From: Macrostomum lignano
Lineage: Eukaryota
Assembly: GCA_002269645.1 (NCBI GenBank)
Contig: NIVC01000376.1
Location: 124,001-188,000 of the forward strand
DNA: 64,000 bases
Direction: 5' to 3'
Shown: positions 12,407 through 24,806 of the stretch, one piece after another
Layout of the letters: every line of letters begins with the position of its first letter
How positions within the stretch are numbered: the stretch's first letter is position 1
The notes under the pieces: generated by a model
The model's input: only the letters and a program-made list of their open reading frames with translations
Database searches by the model: none
Told to the model about the DNA's origin: nothing
Program-made: the position numbers and the translations under genes

Positions 12407-13073
12407 TGAAAATTGGCAACATGCGGGTTCCTGGCAATCGCAGCCGCAACTCTAGCAACAGCGAAAAAGCTGCCCAGGAGCCGCAGGCGGCCGCTACTGG
12501 CGACGATAAAAATGAGCAAGAGGGCGAGTCCAACTCTGGCGAAGTGGCTGAACAACCTAAACAAGTAAGATGCTTGTGGCCTATCATTTTCGAGTAGTTT
12601 AAAGTCGCCAAATCTTTCTCCTGGCTTAAATATCCCCAAGCTTCACAATCCCCAGGCTTCAAAATCCCCAAGCTTCACAATCCGCAAGCGTCACGATCCT
12701 TAAGCTTCACATTCTCTAAGCTTCACAATCCCCAAGCTTCACAATCTACAAGCTTCACAATCTACAAGCTTCACAATCCTCAAACTTCACATTCCCCAGA
12801 CTTCACAATCCCCAAGCTTCACAATCCCCAAGCTTCACAATCCCTTAGCTTCGCAATCATCAAGCTTCACAATCCCCAAGCTTCACAATCCCTAAACATC
12901 CCTAAAAATGTAAGTAATTTTTAACCCAGGGCCAGATCATCTCTGGAGCCGTGGTCTCTGAAAACAAGGCGTTCACGCCGGCCGCCGTGAAATCTTTTCA
13001 CGAGAAGCCGCAGCCGACTCACGAGAAGTCGCACGCGCCGCCGGCGCATCACATTCACCAGCCCAGGAAGTGA
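12407..13073 (+). CDS. DAP: Death-associated protein 1 family, last two coding exons (12407-12564, 12930-13073); first exon not located
   Basis: Spliced translation VKIGNMRV...IISGAVVSENKAFTPAAVKSFHEKPQPTHEK...HIHQPRK* matches the DAP1 hallmarks (VKAGGMRI, FISG, HQKP, HIQQPRK); GT-AG intron in phase 0. Confidence 0.9.
12636..12900. repeat. 16-bp minisatellite (AAGCTTCACAATCCCC) filling the DAP intron
   Basis: Tandem copies read directly. Confidence 0.9.
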
Positions 13074-13314
13074 ACAGCCTGTGCAAGAAAAGACAAGCTA
13101 TAGGGTTTCGGTGTGGTGACTTGAACTACTATTGCATTGCCGCTTGAAAAGTAATCCAACTTTATGCAAAAATCAATTCGGGATTCAGGAACATTGACTC
13201 TTATTTAAAGCTTCTACAAACTCACTGTAGTAAATTGTCATTTTTGGTTTTCAATTTTTCCTCTATTTTGTTATTTATATATTCTGCATTAAATCAGTCA
13301 ACAGGACAGAAGCT

Positions 13315-13318
<4 letters not shown>

Positions 13319-13403
<85 letters not shown>
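13319..13403. repeat. (AG)n microsatellite
   Basis: Direct. Confidence 0.95.
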
Positions 13404-13404
<1 letters not shown>

Positions 13405-14109
13405 TCAGCACCTAACTGTCTGACTACTTATTTAATTCAAGTCATTGCTGACCATGTCAGCAGAAACAGTTCTTACATTTCGAACTAGTGCTGTTATCTT
13501 AAATTTGTTTTAATACAATAGACTTTTTCCTGGCAAAATAGACAGACTTATATCTTTATCTCTCTCTCACCCCTCCCCTTACTTGATTACTTAGCGAGTT
13601 CGCTCGTAAGGGTAGTAGTAAAGGTAAGTTAATGCCTCGTTGTACTTCTTTGTGCTTTGTCTATTTATATATTTTACCGAATCAACCCTTAACGTTCTTA
13701 TAAAGCAGCCAGACCAATCGCATAAATAAAAAAACAACTTTTTCCTAAAATGTTTCTATCGCCAAACGATTTTTCTTTAGTTACGAGTATTTAAGCCTGT
13801 TGTACTTTACGTATATAATTTTTCTCCTATTTTTATTATTCATTCTTCAGCAAGATTACATAGCCACACTTTTGGTTGTAGTTGGTATTTTTTAAATATA
13901 TTAATATAGTGAGTAGCATTCATTTGGCATCGGCAAAACTTACGTTTAACAATTATATCAACTTCTTGATCAATAAAACTTTCGAAATCTGATTGCTTGT
14001 GCAGCAGCCAAGCTATTTGACCTGTCATCATTCATCAAGCACCTGAGTATGTCTTTTATTTATGGGTGACAAATGCAGTTAAATAAAGTTATGTTATTAG
14101 CCGTTTCAC

Positions 14110-14315
14110 TATCAATGTACACACTCCCTTACCCCTCTGCCTATCAATGTACACACTCCCTTACCCCTCTGACTATCAATGTACACACTCCCTACCCCTA
14201 TGACTATCAATGTACACACTCCCTATGACTATCAATGTGCACACTCCTTTACCCCTCTGACTCTCAATGTACACTCTCCCTCACCCCTCTGACAATCAAT
14301 GTACACACTTCCTAC
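14110..14315. repeat. ~32-bp minisatellite (TATCAATGTACACACTCCCTTACCCCTCTGAC)
   Basis: About 6 degenerate tandem copies. Confidence 0.85.
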
Positions 14316-14533
14316 TCCTTAAAAATGTATCTAAACATAATCCTGCTATCTAAGTTCTAGAATAGATAAAACTTCACCAACAATTGAACTAGCGCAGGTT
14401 CTATAGATAAGCTTGTAAATTTGTTATTCTTTATATTAACGGTGTTGTCGATTCAAATTTTATTGCAGCTTGCCAGTGAAATTTCAACCGTCTGACTCAG
14501 TTTGTCGAATCTATCAGTTATTTAGTCAATAAA

Positions 14534-17309
14534 ATGCACCACAGACATATTAAGAAGGACTCGGGCAGCGACTATCAGTTTAACAAGTCCGGCAAAGCCT
14601 CTGGTGACAGTGCCGACGACGCCAATTCTTATCAGTCGGGTAAGTCTGTCTATTTAATAATATTTAGTAGTCTTTTACTGGCACTCTCTCCCAGGAGTTT
14701 CTCAGTAGTCCTTGGCTGACTCTCCGAAAGGGTCTTAATAGTCCTTGGCAAAATCTCAATCCAAGTGATGAGTTCCTTATTACCAGTCCTCTACTGTAAT
14801 CAAGGAACAATCACTTCTAGCTCTGTAGCTAGACAACCCAGTAAGTTAACTGAAGGTATTCAATTACCTTTAATCCGGATGTGTAGATCTCTTCCTTGAG
14901 TTGATCTCGAACGTAGATCTCGCTGACTGTCGTTCACAGTTGATCTGTCGATCTGGCGCCTTGTATCTCCTGTTGCTCTGGTCCTGATTCTTCTTTGTCT
15001 CTAGCCGGCCGGTATCTGCTTCGCTCGCTCTTTCTCGCTATCTACTATCTATAGCCAGGACCTGCACCGGAGCGGTTACGAAAATTAGATTTCTCGGTAG
15101 TTGCACGTACTCTTTTGCACTACTTGAGTAGTCTGATTTTCGTTCGGCATGGCTGGTTCCAGCAGGTAGTTCCTCTGGATAAAAGCGCTTACCGCGCCCA
15201 TTGGCTTTCCAGCTGCCTTAATCGTTTCCGGTGATCTTGTGTGCGTGCTTTCAGCTTGATTGGCTGCGGCAAGCAAGCTCGAAAGAGCTCTCTTCGCTCG
15301 CTCTTTCTCGCTATCTACTATCTATAGCCAGGACCTGCACCGGAGCGGTTACGAAAATTAGATTTCTCGGTAGTTGCACGTACTCTTTTGCACTACTTGA
15401 GTAGTCTGATTTTCGTTCGGCATGGCTGGTTCCAGCAGGTAGTTCCTCTGGATAAAAGCGCTTACCGCGCCCATTGGCTTTCCAGCTGCCTTAATCGTTT
15501 CCGGTGATCTTGTGTGCGTGCTTTCAGCTTGATTGGCTGCGGCAAGCAAGCTCGAAAGAGCTCGCTTCGCTCGCTCTTTCTCGCTATCTACTATCTATAG
15601 CCAGGACCTGCACCGGAGCGGTTACGAAAATTAGATTTCTCGGTAGTTGCACGTACTCTTTTGCACTACTTGAGTAGTCTGATTTTCGTTCGGCATGGCT
15701 GGTTCCAGCAGGTAGTTCCTCTGGATAAAAGCGCTTACCGCGCCCATTGGCTTTCCAGCTGCCTTAATCGTTTCCGGTGATCTTGTGTGCGTGCTTTCAG
15801 CTTGATTGGCTGCGGCAAGCAAGCTCGAAAGAGCTCGCTTCGCTCGCTCTTTCTCGCTATCTACTAATAATATTTAGTAGTCTTTTACTGGCACTCTCTC
15901 CCAGGAGTTTCTCAGTAGTCCTTGGCTGACACTACGAAAGGGTCTTAATAGTCCTTGGCAAAATCTCAATCCAAGTGATGAGTTCCTTATTACCAGTCCT
16001 CTACTGTAATCAAGGAACAATCACTTCTAGCTCTGTAGCTAGGCAACCCAGTAAGTTAACTGAAGGTATTCAATTACCTTTAATCCGGATGTGTAGATCT
16101 CTTCCTTGAGTTGATCTCGAACGTAGATCTCGCTGACTGTCGTTCACAGTTGATCTGTCGATCTGGCGCCTTGTATCTCCTGTTGCTCTGGTCCTGATTC
16201 TTCTTTGTCTCTAGCCGGCCGGTATCTGCAGTCAGGACCAATCAGAGGCCTCGTATCAACAATGGGTACCCTGCGCCGAACTGCGGTTTGAATTTAGCCT
16301 CCTTCTAGCAGTGCCTCTATGCACTCTAGGTATAGCTCCGGAAACCACTGATAGTCTTCTAAGATCTATCAGGGGCAGTCCTTCTGGAGACTGCAACCAG
16401 TAAAGTCTAAACAGACTCAAGAGTCTCAACAGACTCAACTAAACTCAAGTCACACTAGACTTGAGCGAGACGTCTCTAACACAACGGGCGCAAATAAGGA
16501 AGGCTTACCGCAACAACTCGACCGAGTCTCGATTGACTGGGTGATCAGGAAGTCCTCCTAAGGCTTCCTCTTCGGAGCTTCTCCTATCGTCGGGAGTTGG
16601 CTCCTGGTCCGCTTCGGACCGCTTGTATTTATAGGCGAATTTGCAGTCCAAAATAGCAGCATTACAACTCATGTGTTGCGCTAAAAGGGGTAACATAACT
16701 CATCGCGTATTGTATGGTAACATGATTCATTTAAGATTTAGGTGCGCATGCGTGTACTTACTTACTTACAGTAGCATCCTACGATTAACTTCTTTTACCT
16801 TTTTTACGGGAGGTGGAACACTCTACACAAGGTCTTAGTAGTCCTTGGCTAAATCTCACTCCACGGTCTTAGTAGTCCTTGGCTAAATCTCACACCGAGA
16901 AGTATCTTGTAGTCCCTGAATTAAAAAAGTACCTAAAGTCCTTTGCGAAGTTTTCGTAGTAGTGCTTAAATTGCGTAACAGTGGTCTAGTAGTCCTTGGC
17001 TTTAACACCCTGTCCACTACTTCCATTCCAGAAGCCGCATCAGCCGAGGCCGCCGACTCCGCCAGCGCCGAGCCCGGCCTTGTTGGTCGCTTAGCCGGCG
17101 GCGTCGCCTCCGCTGCCGCCAGCACGGCCACCTACGGCTGGGGCGCCATGAAATGGGGCGCCTCGATTGGCGCCTCGGCAACTGGCGCCGTGGCCAGCCG
17201 GCTGCCGGTGGTGAATCGGTTTGTTGGCAGCGGCGCCGAATCCGCCGATAGCAGCACCAGCGGCAGCGGCAGCAGAGGCGGCGGGCAGCAGGACAAGAAG
17301 AAAGAGTGA
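14534..17309 (+). CDS. TMEM263: Small Gly/Ala/Ser-rich protein, TMEM263-like (exons 14534-14639, 17032-17309)
   Basis: Phase-1 donor (G|GTAAGT) joins phase-1 acceptor (CAG|AA) in frame; PGLVGRLAGGVAS...GAVASRLPV...DKKKE resembles TMEM263 PGMLSRVTGG...SAVVNKVP...KKKDKSD. Confidence 0.55.
14655..16229. repeat. Composite intronic repeat A-B-B-B-b-A: 365-bp direct repeats (14655-15019, 15865-16229) around three 273-bp tandem units
   Basis: Near-identical sequence read directly; identical 63-aa ORFs at 15085, 15358 and 15631 confirm the 273-bp period. Confidence 0.9.
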
Positions 17310-17469
17310 CGGCTGCTTTAACCGCTTGCTGTCCTTATCAGCGCTTCGGTTTCTTCAATGCTTTGACCTCGTTTTTTGCTGCTGCGCATCTTCCAGCAGC
17401 TGGGCTTTGTCACACCTGTTTCTAGGATGTATGTTAATTAGCTCCTTCGAACTAGTTGCTTAGTAGCTT

Positions 17470-17760
17470 GGCCAGTTGCTAAGACCAAGCCTCCCAGATC
17501 CTCAGTTGCTAAGCCAAGCCTCTTAAATCCTCGGTTGCTAAGGCCAAGTCTCCCAGATCCTCGGTTGCTAAGGCCAAGTCTCCCAGATCCTCAGTTGCTA
17601 AGGCCAAATCTCCCAGATCCTCGGTTGCTAAGGCCAAGCCTCCCAGATCCTCAGTTGCTAAGGCCAAGCCTCCCAGATCCTCAGTTGCTAAGGCCAAGTC
17701 TCCCAGATCCTTAGTTGCTAAGGCCAAGTCTCCCAGATCCCTATTTGCTAAACCGCGGCA
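17470..17760. repeat. 30-bp minisatellite (CTCCCAGATCCTCAGTTGCTAAGGCCAAGT)
   Basis: Direct. Confidence 0.9.
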
Positions 17761-18429
17761 CTGCCCAGCCGTTGCTAGTCAAAAATCGATGTCATAAGAA
17801 AAACAGCAAAAAGCTAAATTTTAACAGCCTTTCATTTTGTGTTCAGATCTGCTTCTTTATCTTGCTAACTTGTCTTGGTGGTTTTTTTTGCTTGCGTGAT
17901 ATAATTTTGCTTATATTAGCCTAGCGATCAGGTTTATGTGTGTGTGCGTGTTGTTTAATGATAATCGTAGCGATTAGAAAAAAATTGGTTTTTGATTCAT
18001 CGTGAATTAAATCGTTTACAGTCGCGACCTAAACTGACTAATTAATCATCTAACCAAACAGCCAAAGCTTTTGTTCTGATATTTTATTCATCTTTAAGCA
18101 CTCAATAAAGATATAATTATTATTCACATAGCTGAGAAAAGTGTATATCATTTTTCATCTAACTTGTACATTGTTTGCTCTGCGTTATTTTGCTTTGATT
18201 ATTCATTTTTAAAAATCCCATTGTTACTACTTATCGGCTACTAGTCGAGTAGTAAAATACGCTTTTTGAGCCATTCAGAATTCGAGTGTCTGAAATAAAT
18301 TGTTTGTACATGTGAGGCTGCAATTTATTATTTGCTTAGAGGTTTCGGGATCATAGTAATTCCATGCTATTTTACCTCTTCAACTTAGTGCTTTATAATA
18401 TGAGCTAGTTGATAGTGACCTGTGCAGCC

Positions 18430-19145
18430 AGCGTTGCTTGCTTCAGTTGCTGGGCCAGTCTCCCAGATCCTCAGTTTCTGGGCCAGCTTCCCAGATCCTC
18501 AGTTGCTGGGCCAGCCTCCCAGAGTGTCAGTTGCTGGGCCAGCCTCCCAGATCCTCAGCTGCTGAGCCAGCCTCCCAGAGTGTCAGTTGCTGGGCCAGCC
18601 TCCCAGATCCTCAATTGCTGAGCCAGCCTCCCAGAGTGTCAGTTGCTGGGCCAGCCTCCCAGAGTGTCAGTTGCTGGGCCAGCCTCCCAGTGTCAGTTGC
18701 TGGGCCAGCCTCCCAGATCCTCAGTTGCTGGGCCAGCATCCCAGATCCTCACTTGCTGGGCCAGCCTCCCAGAGTGTCAGTTGCTGGGCCAGCCTCCCAG
18801 AGTGTCAGTTGCTGGGCCAGCCTCCCAGTGTCAGTTGCTGGGCCAGCCTCCCAGATCCTCAGTTGCTGGGCCAGCATCCCAGATCCTCACTTGCTGGGCC
18901 AGCCTCCCAGAGTGTCAGTTGCTGGGCCAGCCTCCCAGTGTCAGTTGCTGGGCCAGCCTCCCAGATCCTCAGTTGCTGGGCCAGCATCCCAGATCCTCAC
19001 TTGCTGGGCCAGCCTCCCAGAGTGTCAGTTGCTGGGCCAGCCTCCCAGTGTCAGTTGCTGGGCCAGCCTCCCAGATCCTCAGTTGCTGGGCCAGCCTCAG
19101 GGATCTTCAGTTGCTGAGCCAGCCTCCCAGATCCTCAGTTGCTGC
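18430..19145. repeat. Related minisatellite (GGGCCAGCCTCCCAGATCCTCAGTTGCT variants)
   Basis: Direct; shares the CTCCCAGATCCTCAGTTGCT core with the 17470 array. Confidence 0.9.
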
Positions 19146-19884
19146 TTGACATCTGCCGTGTTAGAACTACAAGTATTTTTCTCTAATTATCGTTAAACCT
19201 GGTTAGCAGGAATGATCTAGATCAGAAAGAAACTGAATAAATTTTAGTCCCGTAGAAGTTTCCTTGCATTTTTGTTTTACTGTAGTGCCCGCTTCTGGTG
19301 TTGGAACCCGCCCGTTCATGTTTAATTTCGTTGATAAATTTATTTCGGTTTGAGAATGACAATAATTTTGATGGAGTTGGCGAATTCAGCTAATAGTATT
19401 TATGCCTGCCATCCTGCTTACCGTTCTCATTTTGTTTATTAATCTATACTAATATCTATACCGGTATATATACATGTATGCATTCATATTTGCTTGCGCT
19501 CATTGTTTTAAAAACAATTTGGTCAATCGGTTTATGAATTTAAATTTTTTCGTGTCTATTGCGCAATGTTTTGGACTTTGGTTGGGATACTTACACATTA
19601 TCTATTCAGTTCGTATTGTACTACCGTCAAAGAAATCTTTTGCTTAAAGTCAAGTCAATTTTATGCTAAATAGTCGTAATATACATGATACCAATTTCAT
19701 GCTGTTTATTGCACTAGCTGATGGATGTATGGATTGCGTTAACACTATAAACTTTTAATATGTGGTACTTGCATGCACCTATATTTGTCTTTTTAATTTT
19801 AGCTCAGTAGTATTAGTTCACAAGTCGTGAGAGTCGGTACATTGATGGAAAGCAAATAAGCTTTAACCCGGGTAGACTGACTGG

Positions 19885-19922
19885 TTGGTAGGTAGATAGA
19901 TAGACAGATAGATAGATAGATG

Positions 19923-19954
<32 letters not shown>

Positions 19955-20238
19955 TAGATAGGTAGATATATATAGGTAGGTAGGTAGATAGATAGATAGG
20001 TAGATAGATAGATAGGTAGATAGATAGATAGGTAGATAGATGGATAGATAGATAGATAGATATAGATAGATAGGTAGATAGATAGATAGGTAGATAGATA
20101 GGTAGATAGATACATGGATAGATAGATAGATAGGTAGATAGATAGATAGATAGATAGATAGATGGATAGATAGATAGATAGATAGACAGATAGATAGATA
20201 GATATATAGATAAATAGACAGATAGATAGATAGATAGA
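19885..20238. repeat. (GATA)n microsatellite
   Basis: Direct. Confidence 0.95.
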
Positions 20239-21604
20239 CCGTGACCAGAATCGCTAAAAAAGCCGTTGCAAACAAGTCTCAAGTGACTTTAGCAACTCTT
20301 GTGTGACTTTTAACGATTCCAATGAGACAGATTCGACTGTGGAGTCATCAACACGTACGCTGATCTAGAGTCGTGTTAAAACTATTATACTAACTTAAGT
20401 AGGCTAATAAGATTGTAGTAGACCGCTCTGACTATTTATGCGACTAATTGATATAGCGACGCTAATGTGCTTCAGGCGCAATTCAGCGATTCTAACACGC
20501 CTTAGCTACTATCACACGCCCCCAAAGTCTTGTACATGCGACTTGTGCATGTACCGTGACATCTCATCGTTTTACGGTTCTGTAGAGTCGTCCAAGAATC
20601 ATTGGCTTTTTTCCTATGTTGCCTGAAACGGACTCTTGACGTAGATTTCCTCGGGATTAACGGATTTGTGAAGGTGCTTCCGCTTTATTATGTATGCCGG
20701 ATCTGGCTTCCAGTCCATTGCTACTAATTCATAGTCTAGAAGTCCCTGGAATTGGCGTGTTGTCGCCCCAGGACTTGCAGCTGTTTTCCAACTCTGTGTG
20801 TGGTCGACAGATTTTTGTTAACTTACTTTTTCTCGGATCGCCCAGCATCGCGCGATTGCATAGCATACAGACCCGCAGTCTCTAATGCAAGACGCTTGTC
20901 GCTAAAGAATTGTAAAGCTTCTACCGGGATCTGATTTACCTGAAATGACTGTTGCAGGCATTTCTGAGGCCTCGCCTGCGCCTGTGTCCGCCTCGCACTT
21001 CGCGGCGGCTGTTGGCAAAGCTGAATTGTCCGTATCTTGTTGAAGCCACAAGTCCCGGTTGCAGCTACAGACTGCACACACTGGCAGTTCATCTTACGCG
21101 AAAGGGATCATTCCTTTGCGGTGCTAGCTTCCCGAAGACTGGGTAACACGAAGAATTCCAAGCAGAGAAATCTATGCGTCCCTGGTGTGACGCAGACTTT
21201 GCCAACTGCCGTCTGGAAGTTGTTGACTTGGCAGTTCATTTTGTTGCGAAACTATCAAAAGTAGCTACAGGAGATACAGGAATTATCAGGGGAACGGCCG
21301 GGTCCCAGAGGGAGAGGCACGTATTGTTTTCATGTCTCGTGTGTCCGCGCGTAAAAGAAGAAAATTTATGGCGAACAATGACGCCTTCGCGCGGGTCTAA
21401 ACAGCAACAAAAAAGCAAACTTCGCGTTGCGGATTGTAATCGATGCTGACTTGCGTCAAATGCTGTTGGTGACTTGAAAATAAGCTAAAACTTCAAAGCA
21501 ACTGTCGCTCGTATTTTTAATCCATTTTAAAGATTTTTATTCCTTGATTGATAAACGAATTGATATAAAAATGGCCTGCTAGACGATAAACAAAAACTGG
21601 CTTT

Positions 21605-22580
21605 GGGACATCCGTGTTTAACAGGTCGGTCGGACATCGGTATTTAGCGGGTGGGAAATCTTTTGTGTCTAACAGGGGATCCGTATCTAACAGGTAGGTA
21701 GGACATCCGTGTCTAACAGGTAGGACATCCGTGTCTAACAGGTACACATGTAGGACATCAGTGTGGAACAGGTAGGACATCCGTATCTAACAGGTAGAAC
21801 ATCCGTGTCTAACAGGTAAAAATCCGTGTCTAACAGGTAGAACATCCGTGTCTAACAGTAGGTAGGACATCCGTGTCTAACAGGTAGGACATCCGTGTCT
21901 AACAGTAGGTAGGACATCCGTGTCTAACAGGTAGGACATCCCTGTCTAACAGGTACACATGTAGGACATCAGAGTGGAACATGTAGGACATCTGTGTCTA
22001 ACATGTAGGACATCCGTATCTAACAGGTAGGACATCCGTGTCTAACAGTAGGTAGGACATCCGTGTCTAACAGGTAGGACATCCGTGTCTAACAGGTACA
22101 CATGTAGGACATAGTGGGGAACAGGTAGGACATCCGTATCTAACAGGTAGGTAGGACATCCGTGTCTAACAGGTAGGACATCCGTGTCTAACAGGTACAC
22201 ATGTAGGACATCAGTGTGGAACAGGTAGGACATCCGTATCTAACAGGTAGAACATCCGTGTCTAACAGGTAGGACATCCGTGTCTAACAGTAGGTAAGAC
22301 ATCCGTGTCTAACAGGTAGGACATCCGTGTCTAACAGGTACACATGTAGGACATCAGTGTGGAACAGGTAGGACATCCGTATCTAACAGGTAGAAAATCC
22401 CTGTCTAACATGTAGGACATATGTATCTAACTGGTAGGACATCTGTGTCTAACAGGTAAACATGTAGGACATCAGTGTATAACAGGTAGGACATCCGTAT
22501 CTAACAGGTAGAACATCCGTGTCTAACAGGTAGGACATCCGTGTCTAACAGGTAGGACATCCGTGTCTAACAGGTAGGAC
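21605..22580. repeat. ~22-bp minisatellite (AGGTAGGACATCCGTGTCTAAC)
   Basis: Direct. Confidence 0.95.
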
Positions 22581-23244
22581 GTACGTGTCATGAAAGTTAA
22601 TAAATTTCGATAACGATGCAGTCCTTTTATTCGAAGATGAAATGTACAGAAACGAAATAAGTATAATTATATTTGCAAATAAAAATTGCAGATGTTAAAA
22701 AACAGTTTTTCTAGCAAAGCTGGTTTGCACAATTCTTAGAAGCGAAACTATAATTTTCCAAACACTGCATGTGACAGTTTTTGTGAATTATTGATATTTT
22801 TGGTTGAGAAAATATCTGTGTTGAAAGCAGTCGACAGAGGTTTTATGAGGAAAGCTGGCTAAATAAAAACAAAAATGACTCTAACAACGAAATTGCCTAA
22901 AGATCAGGTAAGTGAAAAAATACATTAAAATCTGAGAGAAAAATACTGTTTGAAATATTTCGCAGAGGATATTTTACCAAGCTAGTGAGTTAATGGCCAC
23001 TAAAGTGGAAGCAGGTGGGGTTCATGTCTGGTGTTTTGTGCCAGATTGCTTCACAGGTTGAATACATTCAATAACAGACATTCGGAGGAGGGCGCTGAGG
23101 CAATTCTGTCTACTCGGCTGACTCCTGAGAACGGCACAAGCGCTCCAATACTGTACGCCGGCACGAACTCATACACACGCTCACACAGGGTGTACCGCGC
23201 GGCTTTGACTTTCGAATCGTTGCTCGAGAGTTGTAAACCAATTA

Positions 23245-23876
23245 TAGCTTTTTGCAGCCCTTTTTGCAGCGCATATACTCGTAGTTTAATCCAAGATATA
23301 TAGGTTTGCCAATGCAACGGAGCTTTTGTCTATGGTAGCAAACTCAAATGAATGCCATCGACTTGCGATCGAAGAACTTGACAGAGGTGAACACCTAAAG
23401 GACATTGCTAGGTTGCTGAATGTAAAAGGAAAGATGGTTTACAGCATCCATCAGCGCGTTGAAACCACTGGCAGCAGTGGTCGCCTATGAAAGGGTGTCT
23501 ATCGCCGAGGCAAGTTGCTCGAGAGCCTCAGATCCAACTGCTATATTTTCAATTGAGACGACTCTTGTTGACGTTGCAGAAAATGCAGCAGAAGTTGAAG
23601 GAACAGTTCCAGTTGTTTATCAGACTTCGGCTGTCAGCAGAGCTCTGGAAAAGCGACCGAAAGTTGTTGATAGAGACGCTGACATTCCACATTGTACGCA
23701 ACGACCGCAGACGGTTGTGAGAAGACAGGAGTTTGCCGAATGGCTCACGAGCGTTTGGACCAAATTAAATGCCGCTGTGCCAGCCTTACTACCACAGACA
23801 AAAGCTCCATTGCATTGGCAATCATATCTTAGATTAAATTCAATGCGCATACGCTCAAATGGGCTGCAAAAAGCTA
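23245..23876 (+). mobile_element. Decayed IS630/Tc1/mariner-type remnant (N-terminal HTH part only)
   Basis: Frameshifted GEHLKDIARLLNV...VYSI, LTLQKMQQKLKEQF and RND/PQTVVRRQEFAEW motifs; perfect 16-bp inverted repeat at 23245-23260 and 23861-23876. Confidence 0.5.
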
Positions 23877-24414
23877 AATTACGAGTAAATCCTTTATTTA
23901 AGGACAAAAGATGAACTGAGGTTCAGCCGCGGAACTTTGTCTCTGGTAGAATTATATAGAATACGATTGCTTCTTTAGTTGTTGTTTAATTCTATCATTC
24001 TGAACTAGGATTCCATAGTCTATGGTAAAAAGTCTTTAAGAGTACACGCTTCGCTCGCCTCGAGACTAATAAATGCAGCCTCGGGCTTTCTATCCATAGA
24101 ATGCGAACTAAACGGCGTTCATGGTAGCTATACTTAATGAAAGCTGGCAGAGAAAAAGCGTAGTTTAGAAAAAGTGTAGCTGGTAAGCGCAATTACTGTA
24201 TTTCAAAAAAATTGTTTTGTGTCTCAGAGTCTTGGTTATGCCGCTGGCATAGGAGACAGGGTCTCTTCTAATCAGATATAAACTCGTCAGTTTGTTGTCT
24301 GCACTGTCAAATCGTGATGACCAGCCTGCATGTTTGTTTTGCTCATTTTAATGTGTAAATAGTAAAGTATAGAGTGCACTTAGTCATACTGTGGCGCCCT
24401 CGTATAGCATAAAG

Positions 24415-24715
24415 TAGCACCCGTATCCGATAGAGTGGCGCCCCGTATCCGATAGAGTGGCGCCCTGTATATTACAGAGTGGCGCCCCGTATCCGATAGA
24501 GTGGCGCCCCGTATCCGATAGAGTGGCGCCCCGTATATTACAGAGTGGTGCCCCGTATCTACAGAGTGGCGTCCCTTATCCTATAGAGCGGCGCCCCATA
24601 TCCGATAGAGTGGCACCCCGCATCCTATAGAGAGTAACGCTCCGTATCCTCTAGAGTGGCGCCCGCATCCTATAATAGAGTCACTAGAGTGGCGCCCCGC
24701 ATCCTATAGAGTGGC
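24415..24715. repeat. 22-bp minisatellite (AGAGTGGCGCCCCGTATCCGAT)
   Basis: Direct. Confidence 0.9.
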
Positions 24716-24806
24716 GATGCATATTTCTATTTTGATTTGTAGACCCCTTTGTGAGCTCTCTGAGTCTGGCGGCTGACCTGTTTTCCAATAGCGGCCGGTT
24801 TTCCTT

